DNA of 64,000 nucleotides, from positions 3,038,001-3,102,000 of the forward strand of contig CM022675.1 in the NCBI GenBank assembly GCA_012295275.1. The letters are read 5' to 3'. Source of the DNA: Chrysomallon squamiferum (taxonomy: Eukaryota; Animalia; Mollusca). Shown here in pieces: positions 59,448 to 64,000 of the stretch. Below the pieces are notes generated by a model, which was not told where the DNA came from, searched no databases, and was given only the letters and a program-made list of their open reading frames with translations. Position 1 is the first letter of the stretch, and each line of letters opens with the position of its first letter. The position numbers and the translations under genes are program-made.

Positions 59448-62343
59448 ACAAATAAACAAACAAATAAACAAATAAACAAACAAATAAATAAATAAATACC
59501 ATCTATATTAGAGAAACAGACGAGTGCAAAAAAGACTACAGTCGTAAACAAGATTTTACCTGTCTTATAAATACTCATTGTGTTTTCAGTCCCACAGTTT
59601 TCATCCGGGTTTCCATGACAACGCGTTTTATTTTGTCTTTGAACAGATCCATCTGAAACTTTATCCCAGCTTTTCGAGTTAAAACAATAACATTTCTCTC
59701 CCTGTAATACAAACATTTAAAATAATAAACATAACACGTATTAAAAATACATTTTTTTACCACTTTCACACCAACTTAATCTGTTTCTTTTCCAAACAGG
59801 GTACCACTGACAATGATATAACTGATTTCATGTCAAATAACCTTTGCTGCTAAACTGTAAGAACAGTTCTTTTAGTGAGTAAGAAATATTTTAATATTTA
59901 TATATATATGCGTATGTAGGTGCATATATAAGTATGTAAGTATGTGTGTATATATGAGTGTATATGTTCATGTTCGTATGTATTTACGTGTGTATATATG
60001 TATATGTATATTTTAGGTATGTCTGTAGGGTTAGAGTGTATATGTGTGGGTGTGAACTTAACAAAAATGTATTTAATGTTACTTACTAACCTGTAATCCC
60101 ACATATTTTACACCTGCAGTAGTTTTGTTGTGTTCACATTTATAATAACAACGGCTTGCCTGGTTGTCATATTTGATTTGATAAAACTGTACAGATTGTG
60201 ATTCATTCACTTCTCCAACATAATTAAACAGAGGTGTGTTATCCGCTGTAGAACAAACTTGATTTGTTTCATACAACTGATTTTAAAAATATTATATATA
60301 TATACATACACACATACATATAGATGTAGAATGTAGAATATGTTTTTAATATAACATTTAGTCTGAAAGACATATATGTACACACAGATACAGATGAATA
60401 CGCACACATACACAGATCATTTCATTTCAGGTGGAGTTTCTTATTTTACTAGAGATTTTCAAAAAAAAATGTTGTGATAGCTCTCCAAGTATTCAAATGT
60501 TTTGATGGTTGATTTAGATTGGGCATTATCCCTCTCAGACTGTTGTTTCTTTAATTTTCTATGGCTGTTTGAAGAGAGGAGAACACAAAAACGTATTTTA
60601 CAACATACACATAGCAATTATTAGTCAGTGGAACAAGAGACATAAATAATCAAATTCTTTCGTGAGTAATATAATTTTGTTCAGGACTCTCTCAGGAACA
60701 ATATTAGCGATGTTATCTGTAAAAACGCAATTTTACCCCTTCAAGTAAATTTATTCACAAAGAGATCAGTATTCAGAAGTTGTTGATTGTAAATTTTGTT
60801 AGAAATATTAGAACTGGTAACACCTCTGATCTGTGCTATCACTCAGTAACTACAGAAATTTAAATGGAGGGTGGTTTAAATACACGAGTTTTTCATTTGA
60901 CACAAACAAATAATTAGTTCTTGAAATAAGATAGTACATATCCTGTGTAGTTTTGCATGAGTTTCCCAGGACTGAAAAAAAAAGACATTTCCAGAAATGA
61001 TGATCACGAAAGACGATTTTACAAATGCCGTTTTTGGATTCTAATAGTGACGGTCTTTATGATGTAAATCACTGGATCTCATTTCAGTGTCTAATCCTAT
61101 GTTTTGTTGTTTGTATAGTCTAATAAATACATTTCTGTGCACCATAAACCATTCTAATGTGCATAAATGTCAGAAACAGAATTAAAATGGCAGCCATTAT
61201 AAACTCGAAGCAAAACATTTGTCACTCTTAGTTAAAGAAAAAATAGCTGCCATAGGTAATCATTTTTCATGTTTCTTTTACAGATACCATCGCTAATCAC
61301 TGATGGAAGAATTTTGTTATCCATGGTCTTTTGCTGCTCTGATTAATAACTGTTGTGTGTCTATAGCAAAAAAAAACATTCTGTAACCCCTCCCTTCAAA
61401 CAAAGCAAATTAGTGATACCAGTATTACAACAGTCTTGCAATGATGTCTAAACTAAATCTACCATCAAACCTTCTGACTACTCGGGGTACTACGAAATCG
61501 ATTTCTAGGCCTCTTTTAAAAATCAACTCCCGGACTATTAGAGCCATACGTATATTATAGACTATACTGATACTGAACAAACAAAACAACAACAACAGTA
61601 ATAACAACAACAGCAAAACAACAACAACAACCACAATAATAATAATAATAAATAATAATCCAGACATATAATACTAGCATTGTAAAATAAACAAAATGTT
61701 TTTTTTTTTAAAAAACAGTACAAAAAACAAAAACAAATGTATATAAATAATAATATTTGTGCATATAAAATCAGTTGTCGTAAATACAATGTTAATGTCA
61801 TAACTAGACGTTCCTCTTGTTATGGACTTGACTAGATGCTATCTATGGGCTATTAACAGGAAACAAAACAAATAAATGTGTACATGTCTGATACAATTTT
61901 TTGCTGTTTTCATTATATAGCATATAACCATAATAAATTCACAGTAGTAACCAACATTAGCCAAAGATATCGATTATATACAATTCACAAATGAACTTGT
62001 TCGACATTACACAGAAATACAAATTTAATATAACTGAATATTCACAGTAGACATAAGCTTTTCGTCTGCTTATTTCTTAAAGTTTGATGATCGTAACTTC
62101 ACAGTAAAACAAATTTATAATTTATTTCACCTGTCCACATCCAGGAACTGTACTGAACTTTAGCTCCAATCCAGTAAGATCCAGCTGTGACATCACTCAG
62201 TGATGTAATATCTGACGTACTGTACAATTGTTCTCCATGTTGATGACATGTATAAAACGCTGTATCCCATGTGACGTTATTTAATACACGCAGAGTAGCT
62301 GTAATTAAATATATTTACTTACTAAACAAACTGTATAATTAAC

Positions 62344-62410
<67 letters not shown>

Positions 62411-62563
62411 TTCACAAAATTATAACTATAAAAAAAAGGAAAAAAAAAAATAAAAGCTTTTCACTTGTAATTAATATATTTTACCTGACACAGAAAACAG
62501 CTGACATAAAATCCAGCCGAAAACTGCAAGAAGCAGACGACTTGTACTCCATAGTTCAGCCAT
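56420..62563 (-). pseudogene. Gene I: long-tail receptor with the TM exon deleted (pseudogene or secreted form)
   Basis: Signal 62563-62485 (MAELWSTSRLLLAVFGWILCQLFSVS), 62298-62131, 60245-60091, 59701-59560 and 59162-59034 are intact. The CTLD2-N exon (~58775-58587) has lost its acceptor. Then 58278-58153 and a stalk exon 57577-57473 with a GC donor. About 0.8 kb including the TM exon is missing relative to B. The tail 57068-56420 is open. Confidence 0.8.
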
Positions 62564-63116
62564 GACACCCTGTTAACTGTACAAGGAAGTAAAACATCAT
62601 CTATGATTAACAACACAGGTTATCCAGGGGAAAACAATGGCAAAATGATATAAACACTTCAAAAACTCTAGTAATACACAAAAATATTTATACGTAAATG
62701 ATTAATAATAAAATGTTATAATACCGAAGTAGCTAGTACTCGTTTGAACAATTACTTTAGACTTTGTACATTAACAAATCATCATGTGAGACAGAGTGTG
62801 TGCTATGCTAGACAGATAATAGCTTAGATAAACTTCAAATAAACAGCTAAATGTAGATTATCTATCAGTTTGTTTTGTGTTTGTGTTTTTATGATGACGG
62901 CAGTGATGATCACTGTAATTACGATAATTCAGTTAGTATTATGAAGATGACGATGATGATGTTGCGATGAAAAAATTAATGATTTTGACAATGAGAATTG
63001 TGCAATGGCTGGCTGAAAATATTTAAATATTTAACAAATGTTAAACACACACACACAGATATATATATATATATATATATACACACAGACAAGCACATAT
63101 ATACACTACATACATT

Positions 63117-63393
63117 TATACTGAACAAAATAAGAAACTTACGCTAACTTTGCTTGAACATAACACGATGAAACCAAACCGGGGAAATAATTGTTATATA
63201 TGTCTTTAAAGAATGTTCAGTTATACATTGTCTGGTACAAACATCATGCCATAGATTAAAAAAAAAAAAATGGGAGAAATTTTAACCAAGTCTGGTAGGG
63301 GTTAAAGAAACACACACACACTTAATAACAGGTATTACCACCTCTTGAACTGACCACTGCAGTACATCATAAGGCGCATACAATTGACTAGAG
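63117..63393 (-). mobile_element. 3' end of a Tc1/mariner element (TIR plus last codons)
   Basis: TIR-like tatactgaacaaaataagaaac. The minus strand reads LVNCMR..CTAVVSSRGGNTCY*, a Tc1-like C-terminus that continues the fragment at 9508-9765. Confidence 0.65.
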
Positions 63394-64000
63394 CAGTGTT
63401 TCTCAACCTTTTTTTACTCTCGACATATCTACGAGCGCATGAAACTGTCGCGACACAGTAATAATTTTAAATATTATATGATGAAATTGTAAAATAAATT
63501 AAAAAATACGTATATAGACTTGTCTGAAACAGTTTATTATGTTAGTATCCTAGAATTGCCACTTACCTAGTGTGAAACTTGTTCCTGGTTTTGTCTTATG
63601 ACTTCTTGAATATTTGGTCGTATGTGCGATAAGCAAACTCTCATTTCTTCTTCAGTGCAACGTAGTCTTTCTCTCTTCTTGTTTTTTATATTATTTAAGG
63701 TTGAAAAGCCCAATTCACACAAATAAGGAGTAGAGAATTGTAAAAGAACTAACAGGGCTTTTTCAGCTAATGCGGGAAATTCCTTTTGTATTGAAATCCA
63801 AAATGTGTCGATATCTACCTCAGAATGCTTTATTTTAAGACTGCTGTCACTTGAAATGGTAGCCAATTCTTCTTCTTCGCATAATTTAAACCCAATATTA
63901 GAAGGAACATTTACAAAAGGATTACGAACCCAGTCGTACTTTTCAGTGTTCAGCGACGGAAAGTAGTGGTCGATGTCTTCTTCGAGCGCTGTCAGATGCT
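63394..64000 (-). mobile_element. hAT (Buster/Charlie-type) DNA transposon, 3' end; continues beyond the window
   Basis: TIR CAGTGTTTCTCAACCTTTTT starts at 63394, preceded by the 8-mer GACTAGAG (nnnTAnnn, typical of the Buster target). The transposase ORF lies on the minus strand. Confidence 0.88.
63567..64000 (-). CDS. hAT transposase C-terminus (ZBED8/SCAND3/Buster-like dimerisation region)
   Basis: Open from the window edge: ...YFPSLNTEKYDWVRNPF...FWISIQKEFPALAEKALLVLLQFSTPYLCELGFSTLNNIKNKKRERL...MRVCLSHIRPNI...QVSH*. Confidence 0.88.
   Translation of the reverse strand, partial: HLTALEEDIDHYFPSLNTEKYDWVRNPFVNVPSNIGFKLCEEEELATISSDSSLKIKHSEVDIDTFWISIQKEFPALAEKALLVLLQFSTPYLCELGFSTLNNIKNKKRERLRCTEEEMRVCLSHIRPNIQEVIRQNQEQVSH

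Overview
This is AT-rich, microsatellite-rich eukaryotic (animal) DNA. An invertebrate such as a mollusc is plausible, but the sequence alone cannot prove it. The ORF track is mostly noise because the real genes have many small exons. Manual splicing shows the window is a duplicated cluster of one family of type-I membrane receptors, nine units labelled A-I. Their architecture is signal peptide, a C-type-lectin-like domain (CTLD1) with a WSC domain nested inside it, CTLD2, a Ser/Thr stalk, one TM helix and a tyrosine-motif tail. There are two tail classes. Plus-strand genes have a ~73-aa tail (SNYERL...YMNM/V...VYCV), and minus-strand genes have a ~205-215-aa tail with many Y-x-x-I/L and DYD motifs. 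The two classes sit as convergent pairs (A/B, F/G, H/I) or a divergent pair (C/D), which resembles a paired-receptor system. D is fully intact (12 coding exons, 485 aa). E and F can splice in frame into one ~802-aa receptor with a doubled ectodomain. All four long-tail genes carry lesions, three of them at the TM, yet their tail ORFs stay open. The window also contains a SELENOO pseudogene fragment with a MITE, Tc1 remnants, a Buster/Charlie-type hAT transposon at the right edge and a 200-N gap. All gene models were read by eye and have no transcript support.
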